Positions 55,328 through 63,747 of a stretch of 64,000 nt of DNA are shown here, piece after piece. The stretch is from Candidatus Eiseniibacteriota bacterium. Lineage in GTDB: Bacteria; Eisenbacteria; RBG-16-71-46; DASYSL01. The first letter of the stretch is position 1. Each line of letters begins with the position of its first letter. The position numbers were made by a program, and so were the translations under genes. Under the pieces are notes generated by a model. It made no database searches. It saw nothing but the letters and a program-made list of their open reading frames with translations, and had not been told where the DNA came from. The stretch covers positions 2,284 through 66,283 of the forward strand of contig JANPEF010000008.1 in assembly GCA_031431875.1 (NCBI GenBank). The letters run 5' to 3'.

Positions 55328-56005
55328 TCACACCAGCCCGAATCGCTTGGCGAACAGGAAGGAGAGGTTCAGCCACCCGTCGCGCCACTTCTGCAGCTTC
55401 ACCTCGCCGATGCGCGGCCGGTAGTCGATGCCGAACTCGGCGAAGCGGGGGCCCAGCTTCTCGATCGCCTCGATCTTGATCTCCTCGCTGAGTGGCATGC
55501 CGTCGGAGGTCAGCTTGAGGCGGGGGAGGACCGAGCGGCGGAAGACCCACATCCCGGACTGCGAATCCTTGAGCGGCCGGAACCACAGGAGGCCGGTGGC
55601 GACCGTGAGCACGAAGTTCCCCACCTTGTTGGTGAAGTTCATCGCGGAAGGGTTGCGCAGCGGAAAGCGGGCGCCGGAGACGAAGTCGAGCTGCCGGTCC
55701 TCGAGCTGGTCGACGAGGAGGGAGATCTCGTCGGCCGGGTACGTCCCGTCCCCGTCGAGGGTGGCGATGATGTCGCAGGTCGCGGCCGGAAGTCCCGCCT
55801 GGTAGGCCGCCCCGTAGCCCTTGCGGGGCTGGAAGACGACCTTGGCCCCGAGCGAGCGGGCCACCTCGGCGGTGCGGTCGGTCGAGTTGTTGTCCACGAC
55901 CACGACCTCGTCCACGTAGGAGGGCATGCCCTCGAAGACGTGGCGGATTCCGTCCTCCTCGTTGTAGCAGGGGATGACGACGCTGATCGACAGGCCACGG
56001 TGCAT
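55328..56005 (-). CDS. GT2 polyprenyl-phosphate glycosyltransferase (DPM1-like, no C-terminal TM)
   Basis: 225 aa; MHRGLSISVVIPCYNEEDGI…VVVDNNSTDRT…TLDGDGTYP…. First gene of the 14-gene minus-strand operon. Confidence 0.85.
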   Translation of the reverse strand: MHRGLSISVVIPCYNEEDGIRHVFEGMPSYVDEVVVVDNNSTDRTAEVARSLGAKVVFQPRKGYGAAYQAGLPAATCDIIATLDGDGTYPADEISLLVDQLEDRQLDFVSGARFPLRNPSAMNFTNKVGNFVLTVATGLLWFRPLKDSQSGMWVFRRSVLPRLKLTSDGMPLSEEIKIEAIEKLGPRFAEFGIDYRPRIGEVKLQKWRDGWLNLSFLFAKRFGLV

Positions 56006-56255
56006 CCGGGTCTCCGCGCTTGGGGGGAATCATTGGCCGAAGGCGGCCGGCCGCCGCCCCCTGAGTGTACGCCATCCCGCCCGGCCCGACAATGGTAATT
56101 GCAAATCGCAACGTCAGTTACGTGGTTCGGACGCGCCGGTGTGGGGCTGCTCCGGGAGTCATCGGCAGCTCCGTCGGCCTTCCCAACGAGATCGCGCCGG
56201 GGGCCCGCCGTCGCGAGATTCTGCTCCAGCTCCGGAGCCCGGAGATCGTGGGCAC

Positions 56256-56284
56256 TTGACCTTTGCCGGACTGTGTGGTACAGT
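56256..56284 (+). promoter_or_regulatory. sigma70-like promoter candidate in the divergent intergenic region
   Basis: TTGACC (56256-56261), 17-nt spacer, TACAGT (56279-56284). Oriented toward the + strand phosphoglycosyltransferase ~850 nt downstream. Confidence 0.3.
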
Positions 56285-57132
56285 CTTCGCACGTTGTCTG
56301 GAGGTGCCTGATCGCGGATTCGGGGAAGGGACCGGGCCGCGGGCCTTCAATGGATTGATGGTATCAAATCGGTTTCCCTTCGCTGACCTCCTGGGCCTTG
56401 GCCCACGTCGCACCGTACGAATCGCGTTTCCGTCGAGCCCCGACCCTCATTGACCGATCACTCCATTTGAGGTTTCGGGCAGTCCTCCCCCAGGGCGCGG
56501 ATTTCGCGGATACCCCGCAAGGGGCAACCGCACCGACAGTTCCGGGAGAGGACATTCATTGAGTCCTCGGCGTCCTGCAATCAATCGGGCGCCGCATTCC
56601 GGTCGATGTCCGGCCGTCGGGCCTATTCAATCCGCGACGCTGTCCGCGCACTGGAGCCGTCATCGTGTCCCCCGCCATTTCTTCGAGCGCGATCACGCAG
56701 GCAGGCATTTCGCCCCGCGATGGGGTACACTCATCTCTGGCGGCCGCACCGAAGCGTACGGCCGCGATCGAAACCGGAATCCACCCCCTTGGCGTGGGTC
56801 CCTCTTGCGATGCTCCTGCCGATTCTCGCGGCCCTGCCCTCGGCCATGCGAATGGAGCGGTGTTGTTCACGGTCGAGGTTCCTACGACTCCTCCCCTGCC
56901 GTCGGTCGCGCCCGTCCTCGGATCCGAGGACGCGTCGGACATCCACCTGCAGGTGCTCGACCTGCGGAGTGGCTCCGCGTTTGCCCATGCGAACGGACAT
57001 TCCCGCGATCACGCGCACGGCAATGCGCGTCGGCGCGACGAGTTCGGCCTGGGGGAAGTCGCCACGTTCTTGAGCGCCCCGCTGGTCAGCACCGGCTTCG
57101 CCAGCAGCTCGACCGTGCCGTCGGCGATCCCC

Positions 57133-57780
57133 ATGCGGCCCACCGCGGTCCCCGCGATCCCCATGCTCCCGACGGGGTTGTATGCGCACATCGGCAAACG
57201 CGTGCTCGACCTCGCCGGCGGCGTCCTCGCGATCGTGCTGGCGGGACCGGTGATCCTGCTCGCTGCACTGGCGGTCAAGCTCACCTCGCGTGGCCCTGCG
57301 TTCTACACGTCGACGCGCCTGGGGAAGGATGGCCGGCCGTTCACCTTCCTCAAGCTGCGCTCGATGTACGTCGGCGCCGATGCCGAGCGCGCCCGGCTGA
57401 TGCATCTCAATGAAGTCGACGGCCCGGTGTTCAAGCTGCGCCGCGATCCGCGCGTCACCCGCGTCGGCCAGTGGCTGCGCTCGAGCTCGGTCGACGAACT
57501 CCCCCAGTTGCTCAACGTGCTCAAGGGCGACATGAGCCTGGTCGGCCCGCGTCCGCCGCTGCCCGAGGAGGCCGAGCGCTACGAGGCCTGGCAGCGCCGC
57601 CGTCTCGACGTGAAGCCCGGGATCACCTGCCTGTGGCAGGTCTCGGGCCGCAGCCGTCTCAGCTTCGAGGAGTGGATGCGGCTTGACCTCGAGTACATCC
57701 GGCGGCAGTCTCTCGCCACCGATCTCTGGATCCTGGTCCGGACGATCCCGGCGGTGCTCTCGCGCGAGGGTGCCTACTGA
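57133..57780 (+). CDS. small monotopic phosphoglycosyltransferase (bacterial sugar transferase domain, PglC/WbaP C-terminal-like)
   Basis: Conserved domain …RVLDLAGGVLAIVLAGPVILLAALAVKLTSRGPAFY…KLRSMY…PGITCLWQVSGRSRLSFEEWMRLDLEYI…. Start taken as ATG 57133; ATG 57163 is also possible. The ORF track extends it to GTG 56665 with a 156-aa Ser/Ala/Pro-rich region lacking a TM helix (see findings). Confidence 0.75.
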   Translation: MRPTAVPAIPMLPTGLYAHIGKRVLDLAGGVLAIVLAGPVILLAALAVKLTSRGPAFYTSTRLGKDGRPFTFLKLRSMYVGADAERARLMHLNEVDGPVFKLRRDPRVTRVGQWLRSSSVDELPQLLNVLKGDMSLVGPRPPLPEEAERYEAWQRRRLDVKPGITCLWQVSGRSRLSFEEWMRLDLEYIRRQSLATDLWILVRTIPAVLSREGAY

Positions 57781-57813
57781 CCGTGCGGGGCCCGGCCCGC
57801 GCGTGAGGAGCGC

Positions 57814-59373
57814 GTGGACCAAACTCTCGGCAGCAGCCAACCCAGCGGAATGCAGGCCCCGCCGCAAGGGCGTCGGGGCCTTTGGCTTGCCCTGATCGCC
57901 GCGGCGATCCTGCGCTTCTACCATCTCGGCACCCAGAGCCTGTGGATCGACGAGATCTTCACCTGGCAGACGGCCTCGCCGACCGCGCCGCTGACCTGGC
58001 TCGACATCGTCTCCAACCTGCATGGCCCGCTCGTCTCCGTGTTCGCGCACTTCTGGATGCGCGCCTTCGGCGAGTCGGAGTTCATCCTGCGCCTGCCCAT
58101 GGCGGTGGCCTCGATCGCACTCGTTCCCGTCGTCGCGGGGCTGGCGCGCCGCGCCGTCGGGCCCGCGGCGTCCCTGCCGGCGGCGTGGCTCGTCGCACTC
58201 TCCCCGTTCGTCACCTGGTACGGGCAGGAGTTCCGCGGCTACATCTTTGCCATACTCTTTGCCGCGCTCGCGCTGTCGGCGCTCTTCGACTGGCGGGGGA
58301 GCGGCATGCGCCGCGACTTCGTCGCGCTCGTCGCGTGGACCGTCCTCGCCACCTGGTCGAACATGAGCGGCGTGCTGCTCGTGCCCGTGTTCGCCGGTGC
58401 CCTGCTGCTGGCGCGCCCGCCGGGCCGCGGTCGCTTCGCGCCGACGCTGCTTTTCCTCGGATGCGTCGGGCTCGCCCTTTCCCCGTGGATCGCCTACCAC
58501 TTCGTCCAGCGCATGGGCTGGCTCGAGTGGGGGCGGCTGGTGCCGGGGCGCCCGCCCGAGGCCGCGGGGGCGCCGCTGCGCGGGGAGCTCACGTTCTCGT
58601 GGCTCGGCATCCCGTTCACGTTCTACGTCTTCGCGGTGGGCTACACGCTGGGCCCGAGCCTGCGCGACCTGCGCTCGGGCGGCGGGCTCGACGTCCTCGT
58701 GCCGTTCCTGCCCGGCATCCTCGCCGCGCTGCTGACCTTCGGCACGCTGGCGGTGGTCGGCGTGGTCGCGCTGGCGGATCGCGCGCGGAGATTCGAGCGC
58801 GGCGTGATCCTCGGGGCGATCCTCGTGCCGATCGCCGTCGTGTCGTACTTTGCACTGTCGAACTTCAAGGTGTTCAACCCGCGCTACGTCGCGATCGGCG
58901 CGCCGGCGTTCTTTGTGCTGCTCGCCGCCGGCTTCACCGCCCTGTCACCGCTGGCCCGGCGGCTCACCGCCCTGGCCGTGCTCGGGTTGTTCACCCTCTC
59001 GCTCTTGCACCACTATCACGGAGCGCGTTACGCGAAGGACGACTTCAAGCGCGCCGTGCACGCGCTCGAGCTGGTGGTCGCTCCGCAGGACGTGATCATC
59101 GCGGCCGGCAACTTCTCGCCGCTCGAGTTCTACTGGCGCGACCACGAACCGACGCCGGTCGTGTACTGGGCGGGGTACGCGCGGGACGCGCGGATGGAGG
59201 AGAAGTTCCTGCCCCTGCGCAACCCGGCCGGAGCGACCTGGCTGGTCGTCTCGCGGACGCAGGAACTCGACCCCGAGGGGCGCCTCGAGCGCTGGGTTCA
59301 AGCCACGTGGGGCGCGCCGATCGGGGTCTTTCCGGGGGTGCGCGTTTATCGGATCGCCGCTCCGGTGCGCTAG
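57814..59373 (+). CDS. GT39/GT83 (ArnT/PMT_2)-like polytopic membrane glycosyltransferase
   Basis: 519 aa. First-loop motif …YHLGTQSLWIDEIFTWQTA…, the DE motif of PMT/ArnT-type GT-C enzymes. ~11 TM helices. An alternative start ATG lies at 57850. Confidence 0.8.
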   Translation: MDQTLGSSQPSGMQAPPQGRRGLWLALIAAAILRFYHLGTQSLWIDEIFTWQTASPTAPLTWLDIVSNLHGPLVSVFAHFWMRAFGESEFILRLPMAVASIALVPVVAGLARRAVGPAASLPAAWLVALSPFVTWYGQEFRGYIFAILFAALALSALFDWRGSGMRRDFVALVAWTVLATWSNMSGVLLVPVFAGALLLARPPGRGRFAPTLLFLGCVGLALSPWIAYHFVQRMGWLEWGRLVPGRPPEAAGAPLRGELTFSWLGIPFTFYVFAVGYTLGPSLRDLRSGGGLDVLVPFLPGILAALLTFGTLAVVGVVALADRARRFERGVILGAILVPIAVVSYFALSNFKVFNPRYVAIGAPAFFVLLAAGFTALSPLARRLTALAVLGLFTLSLLHHYHGARYAKDDFKRAVHALELVVAPQDVIIAAGNFSPLEFYWRDHEPTPVVYWAGYARDARMEEKFLPLRNPAGATWLVVSRTQELDPEGRLERWVQATWGAPIGVFPGVRVYRIAAPVR

Positions 59374-60038
59374 CGTCTTGTGCGGTAGTCGTTCGGGTCG
59401 ATGCAGGCGTCGTAGAACGAGCGAGGGAGCTTGAGCCATTCGGTTTTGTTCACGCCGCGCCTGTTGTCGTATGTGGGGCTGACCGGGTAGGCGGACGCCA
59501 TCCAGAGCCATCGGTCCTGCTCATCTGAGATCGCCCGCACTTCATCGGCGACCTCCGAGAAGTCTTGATCCTGGGTAAAGACTACGGCGACGTCGTAGAC
59601 GCGCTCGCGTGCGAGCCGAACGATATCAAGCGCCATCCGAACGTCGATTCCCTTCTCTCTGCCCACCATCAAGCTCGAAACAGTGCCGTCGGCCTGACGG
59701 AGGGCCTCATTTCTGTACCGCATCGGCCGCGAGAAGAGTCGTACGCCTCGTGTGCCCATCACGGCCATTTTCGCGACCCAGAATTGGTGACGCCCTGGGT
59801 CGGCATTGGCGTCGGGAACACCTGTGTAGAAGTAGGTTTGGTGGTGCTGCCAACCCTCCTGAGCGCAAACTTTGCGTGCGAGGAGTTGAGGGTCATAATT
59901 TGGATATCGGTAGCCGAACGCGAGCTTTGCCGCGTTGAACAAGTTTTGTCCATCGATGAAAACGCAAGCCCGCTTGACCCTCGGCTCAGACTTCACAGCT
60001 TCCCCCCAATGCAAAACCCCGCCGGAGGCCGAGTACAA
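59370..60038 (-). CDS. NYN-domain (LabA/PIN-like) protein
   Basis: …RACVFIDGQNLFNAAKL… is an NYN N-terminal motif; acidic residues occur later (…DVAVVFTQDQDFSEVADEV…). A probable GTG start at 59996 has a GGGGGAAG RBS; the ORF-track ATG is at 60038. Codon usage is visibly AT-richer at third positions than in neighbours. Confidence 0.65.
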   Translation of the reverse strand: MYSASGGVLHWGEAVKSEPRVKRACVFIDGQNLFNAAKLAFGYRYPNYDPQLLARKVCAQEGWQHHQTYFYTGVPDANADPGRHQFWVAKMAVMGTRGVRLFSRPMRYRNEALRQADGTVSSLMVGREKGIDVRMALDIVRLARERVYDVAVVFTQDQDFSEVADEVRAISDEQDRWLWMASAYPVSPTYDNRRGVNKTEWLKLPRSFYDACIDPNDYRTRR

Positions 60039-60286
60039 CCGGCTGATCCGGCGGGGAGCAATTCCCGAGGGCTTGCGACGACAAGATCAAGACTAGTCTC
60101 CTTCATCGGCCGTTTCAAGCCCCCGATCGAGGCCGTCCGTTCCCGCAGCACCCTCCGGGCGGGAATGGCCGGGCGCATCCTCTTGTGTTAAGCTAAATCC
60201 TTCAGTGACCGATCATTAGGTCGGATCCCGATCGGTTGTTTTTCCGCTTTCGTGCCCCGCGCCGGAGGACGGGCGACTTGCCCCAG

Positions 60287-62398
60287 GCTATGGCCCCCGA
60301 ACAACATCCGCCCACACCCACGCCCGCTCGCGGGCGGGAGGGTTCGCTCGCCTGGAAGCTCCAGCGCCTGCGCTCCATGTCGCCCGCCGAAGTGGCGTGG
60401 CGCGTCGAGCGGCGGCTCGCGCTCAGGCGGCTGGCGCGTCGCGCCGGGGCGCCCGTGCCCACGCTGCCGACGCCCGGTGCAGGCTTCCGTGCGACGCTCG
60501 TTGCCGCCACCGTCCCGCTCGTGCCGTGGGCGGGCGACAACGGGATCGCGAGTGAGGCCGAGCGCGCGGCATTCGAGCAGGCCTATCCGGGCGAGGCCGC
60601 CCGCATCGTCGCGTCGGCCGAGGCGATCCTCGTCGGACGCATCGAGCTGTTCGCGCGGACCTATGCCTTCGGGCCCGATCCGCGAGCGTGGCCGTGGAAT
60701 CGCAGCGCCGACGACGGGCCGCCAGTCCCGCTCGACTTCGGGCCGACGCTCGATTATCGCGAGCCGGCCGTGGTGGGGGACGCGCGCCTCGCCTGGGAGC
60801 TGGGTCGGCACGGTTGCCTCGCGCCGCTGGCGCAGGCCGCGTGGCTGACCGGGGATCCCCGCTACGCCCGCTTCGCCTTCGCCGTGATCGAGGCGTGGAG
60901 CGAAGCGTGCCCGCCGTATCGCGGGATTCAGTGGGTGAGCGCGCTCGAGTTCGCGATCCGTTCGCTCGCGTGGGGCTTTGCACTCGCCGTCGTGGCCCGC
61001 AGTGTCGCCGGTGCGGAGATCGACGAGACGCGCTGGGAGCGCGTGCTCGCCACGTGGGCCGAGCAGTTGCGCTTCGTGCACGCGCACGACGCGCGCTTCT
61101 CCTCGGCGAACAACCATCGCCTCGGCGAGGCGGCCGGGCTGGCGTGGGGTGGGATCGCGCTGTCGTTCCTGCCCGAGGGCGACCTGTGGCGGCGCCGCGG
61201 TTTCGACGTGCTCGAGGAGTGCGTGCTCGCCCAGACGACCGACGACGGCGTCACCCGCGAGCACGCGTTCGCCTACCAGCACTTCGTCCTCGACTTCGCG
61301 GTTGCGGTCGAGGCGGCCGGCGAACGCACCGGGCGGGCCATGCCGGCGGCCGTGCGGTCGCGCCTGGCCGCGGTCGCATCGTCGCTCGAGCGCTTTGCGC
61401 CGGGCGGAAGGCTGTGGTCGGTGGGCGACGGCGACGAGGGGCAGGCGCTGGCGCTGGGCGATCCGTTCGCGACGCGCGTCACGGCGAGCCTCGAGACGGC
61501 CCGGGCCCTGGTCGGGGACACCGGGCACGGCGCGAATCATCCGCGCTCGTTCTGGCTGGGTCTTTCGCCGCGGGCCGCTAACGATTCCACCGACGCGGCC
61601 GGCGCTTTCGCGCCGGACCTGGGCGTCACGCAGCGCGGCGGCTACGTGCTCGACGCGTGGGACACGCCAGGCGGCGCGGCGCGCCTGCTCTTCGACGTCG
61701 CCGAGATGGGTCTCGCACCGCTGTACGCGCACGGGCATGCCGACGCGCTCCAGGTCCTGCTCGACGTCGCCGGGCCGCGGCTCGTCGATCCGGGCACCGG
61801 CGCGTACCACGCCCGGCCCGAATTGCGCGAGTGGCTGCGCTCGACCGCGGCCCACAACACGCTCGAGCTCGAGGGCAAGTCGCAGTCCGAGCCGGGCGGC
61901 CTGTTCCAGTGGTTGCGCGTGGCGCGCGTGACGGAGATCGCCGTCGCAGACGGCGCAGCCCTCGATGCATCGGCTGCGCATGATGGCTACGCGAAGGACG
62001 ACGGCCTCCTGCACCGCCGGCGCGTGTGGCGCGGGAGCCCGACCGTGGTGCACGTGACCGACACGCTCGAGGCGGCCGGAGCAGGCGGCACGGGCGGGGG
62101 CGCGATGCGGCGCGCCGTTGTCCGCTGGCACGTCGGTGAAGGACGGCCGCGGGTCACCGCGCCGGATCGCGTCGAGGTGACGTGGCCGGACGGATATGTG
62201 CTGGCGCTGTGCGTCGTCTCATCGCCCGCGGGCGTGCGGGCGCGCATTGCCGAAGACGGCATGTGGGCACCCCGGTTCCTCGAGCCGCGGGCCTGCGGCG
62301 TCGTCGAATGGATCGTCGAAACGGCCGCCGGCTGCACGATCGAGACCGTGATCGTGCTCGGTGGTGCTGACTTCTCGTTCACGGCCGCATCGTCGTGA
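60287..62398 (+). CDS. heparinase II/III-like protein (alginate-lyase/heparinase superfamily)
   Basis: ~700 aa. Start approximate: TTG 60236, TTG 60281 (GGAGGA RBS 8 nt upstream) or ATG 60287. …HGCLAPLAQAAWLTGDPRYARFAFAVIEAWSEACP…NNHRLGEAAGLAWGGIA… resembles the N-terminal (α/α)-toroid. β-rich C-terminus. Such proteins often accompany UDP-sugar dehydrogenases in polysaccharide loci. Confidence 0.7.
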   Translation, partial: AMAPEQHPPTPTPARGREGSLAWKLQRLRSMSPAEVAWRVERRLALRRLARRAGAPVPTLPTPGAGFRATLVAATVPLVPWAGDNGIASEAERAAFEQAYPGEAARIVASAEAILVGRIELFARTYAFGPDPRAWPWNRSADDGPPVPLDFGPTLDYREPAVVGDARLAWELGRHGCLAPLAQAAWLTGDPRYARFAFAVIEAWSEACPPYRGIQWVSALEFAIRSLAWGFALAVVARSVAGAEIDETRWERVLATWAEQLRFVHAHDARFSSANNHRLGEAAGLAWGGIALSFLPEGDLWRRRGFDVLEECVLAQTTDDGVTREHAFAYQHFVLDFAVAVEAAGERTGRAMPAAVRSRLAAVASSLERFAPGGRLWSVGDGDEGQALALGDPFATRVTASLETARALVGDTGHGANHPRSFWLGLSPRAANDSTDAAGAFAPDLGVTQRGGYVLDAWDTPGGAARLLFDVAEMGLAPLYAHGHADALQVLLDVAGPRLVDPGTGAYHARPELREWLRSTAAHNTLELEGKSQSEPGGLFQWLRVARVTEIAVADGAALDASAAHDGYAKDDGLLHRRRVWRGSPTVVHVTDTLEAAGAGGTGGGAMRRAVVRWHVGEGRPRVTAPDRVEVTWPDGYVLALCVVSSPAGVRARIAEDGMWAPRFLEPRACGVVEWIVETAAGCTIETVIVLGGADFSFTAASS

Positions 62399-62424
62399 CG
62401 GCACTCCTTCCCCCCGGAGAGCGC

Positions 62425-63747
62425 ATGCGCATCGCAGTCTTCGGCCTCGGCTACGTCGGTTCGGTGACTTCGGCCTGCCTGGCGAAGCTCGGCCACGACG
62501 TCGTCGGCGTCGATCCCAACGAGTACAAGGTCGGTTGCCTCGCCCGTGGCGAGAGCCCGATCGTCGAGAAGGACCTGGGTGACCTGATCGCCGAGGCCGC
62601 ACGCGCGGGCCGGCTCACGGCTACCACCGATTTCGTCGCGGCGGTCAAGGGCGTCGACCTCGTGCTGGTGTGCGTCGGCACCCCGAGCCGCGAGGACGGA
62701 TCGCTCGACCTGTCGCACGTCGAGCACGCGGCGGGCGAGGTGGGGGCCGCACTCGCCGCGCAACCGCACTTCGCGACCGTCGTGTTCCGCAGCACCATGC
62801 TGCCGGGCTCGGTCGAGGAGCGCCTGGTGCCGCGCCTCGAGCAGGCCTCGGGCGGTAAGCGCGGGAAGGACTTCGGCGTCTGCTACAACCCCGAGTTCCT
62901 GCGCGAGGGCACCGCCGTCGCCGACTTCTTCGCCCCGCCGATCACCGTGCTCGGTGTCGGCGACGAGGCGAGTGCCGTGCCCATGCGCGCGCTCTATGCG
63001 CCGCTGCCGGGCGAGCTGGCGGTCGTCCCGATCCGCACCGCCGAGATGCTCAAGTACGTGAACAACGCGTTCCACGGGCTCAAGGTCGCGTTCGCCAACG
63101 AGGTCGGCGTGCTGTGCAAGCGCGAGGGTGTCGATTCGCACGAGGTAATGCGCCTGTTCTGCGCCGACACGAAGCTCAACCTGTCGCCGTACTACCTGAA
63201 GCCCGGGTTCGCCTTCGGCGGTTCGTGCCTGCCCAAGGACCTGCGCGCCATCACGCACCGCGCGCGCGAGCGGAGCCTCGACCTGCCCGTGCTCGACTCG
63301 GTGTTGCGCTCGAACGACCTGCACGTGCAGCGCGCGGTCGCCGCGGTCGAGAGGGCAAAGGCGCCGGGCCGCAAGGTCGGCATCCTCGGCCTGTCGTTCA
63401 AGGCCGAGACCGACGACCTGCGCGAGAGCCCGATCGTCCGCGTCGTCGGCGCTCTCGTCGGCAAGGGCTGGACGCTGGCGCTGCACGATGCGCACATCGA
63501 CGCGGCGAAGCTGGTCGGCGCCAACCGCCAGTACCTCGAGGCCGAGATTCCGTACCTCGATCGCCTGTTCCACAAGGACCCGCGCGACGTGGTGCGCGGC
63601 TCCGAGGTGATCGTCATCGCGAACGGACATCCGGCCTACCGCGAGGTGCCGCAGTGGATGACGGAGGGCCAGACGCTGGTCGACCTGGTGCACCTGGTCG
63701 ATGCCAGGTCCGTGACGCGCGGGGAGTATGTCGGCCTCGCCTGGTGA
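62425..63747 (+). CDS. nucleotide-sugar 6-dehydrogenase (UDP-glucose/GDP-mannose dehydrogenase family)
   Basis: MRIAVFGLGYVGSVTSACLAKLGHDVVGVD (NAD Rossmann). Catalytic Cys motif …GFAFGGSCLPKD…. C-terminal UDP-binding domain. The ORF-track start 62395 overlaps the upstream stop; ATG 62425 has a GGAGAG RBS. Confidence 0.9.
   Translation: MRIAVFGLGYVGSVTSACLAKLGHDVVGVDPNEYKVGCLARGESPIVEKDLGDLIAEAARAGRLTATTDFVAAVKGVDLVLVCVGTPSREDGSLDLSHVEHAAGEVGAALAAQPHFATVVFRSTMLPGSVEERLVPRLEQASGGKRGKDFGVCYNPEFLREGTAVADFFAPPITVLGVGDEASAVPMRALYAPLPGELAVVPIRTAEMLKYVNNAFHGLKVAFANEVGVLCKREGVDSHEVMRLFCADTKLNLSPYYLKPGFAFGGSCLPKDLRAITHRARERSLDLPVLDSVLRSNDLHVQRAVAAVERAKAPGRKVGILGLSFKAETDDLRESPIVRVVGALVGKGWTLALHDAHIDAAKLVGANRQYLEAEIPYLDRLFHKDPRDVVRGSEVIVIANGHPAYREVPQWMTEGQTLVDLVHLVDARSVTRGEYVGLAW

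Noticed and set aside
57124-57165. Direct repeat CGATCCCCATGC twice, 30 nt apart, just upstream of or at the PGT start.
   Set aside because: It is too short and singular to call a repeat element. It most likely reflects two alternative in-frame ATG start sites of the same gene, and is noted only in the start-codon evidence.
56559-57413. ORF 56559..57413 (+, 284 aa) and other small ORFs (56065..56259, 56099..56311, 56159..56413 -, 56364..56555 -, 56556..56942 -) in the divergent intergenic region.
   Set aside because: These have Arg-rich or otherwise implausible translations and no RBS or motifs. The region is better treated as a leader/regulatory region, with the uncertainty around ORF 56665 flagged in the findings.
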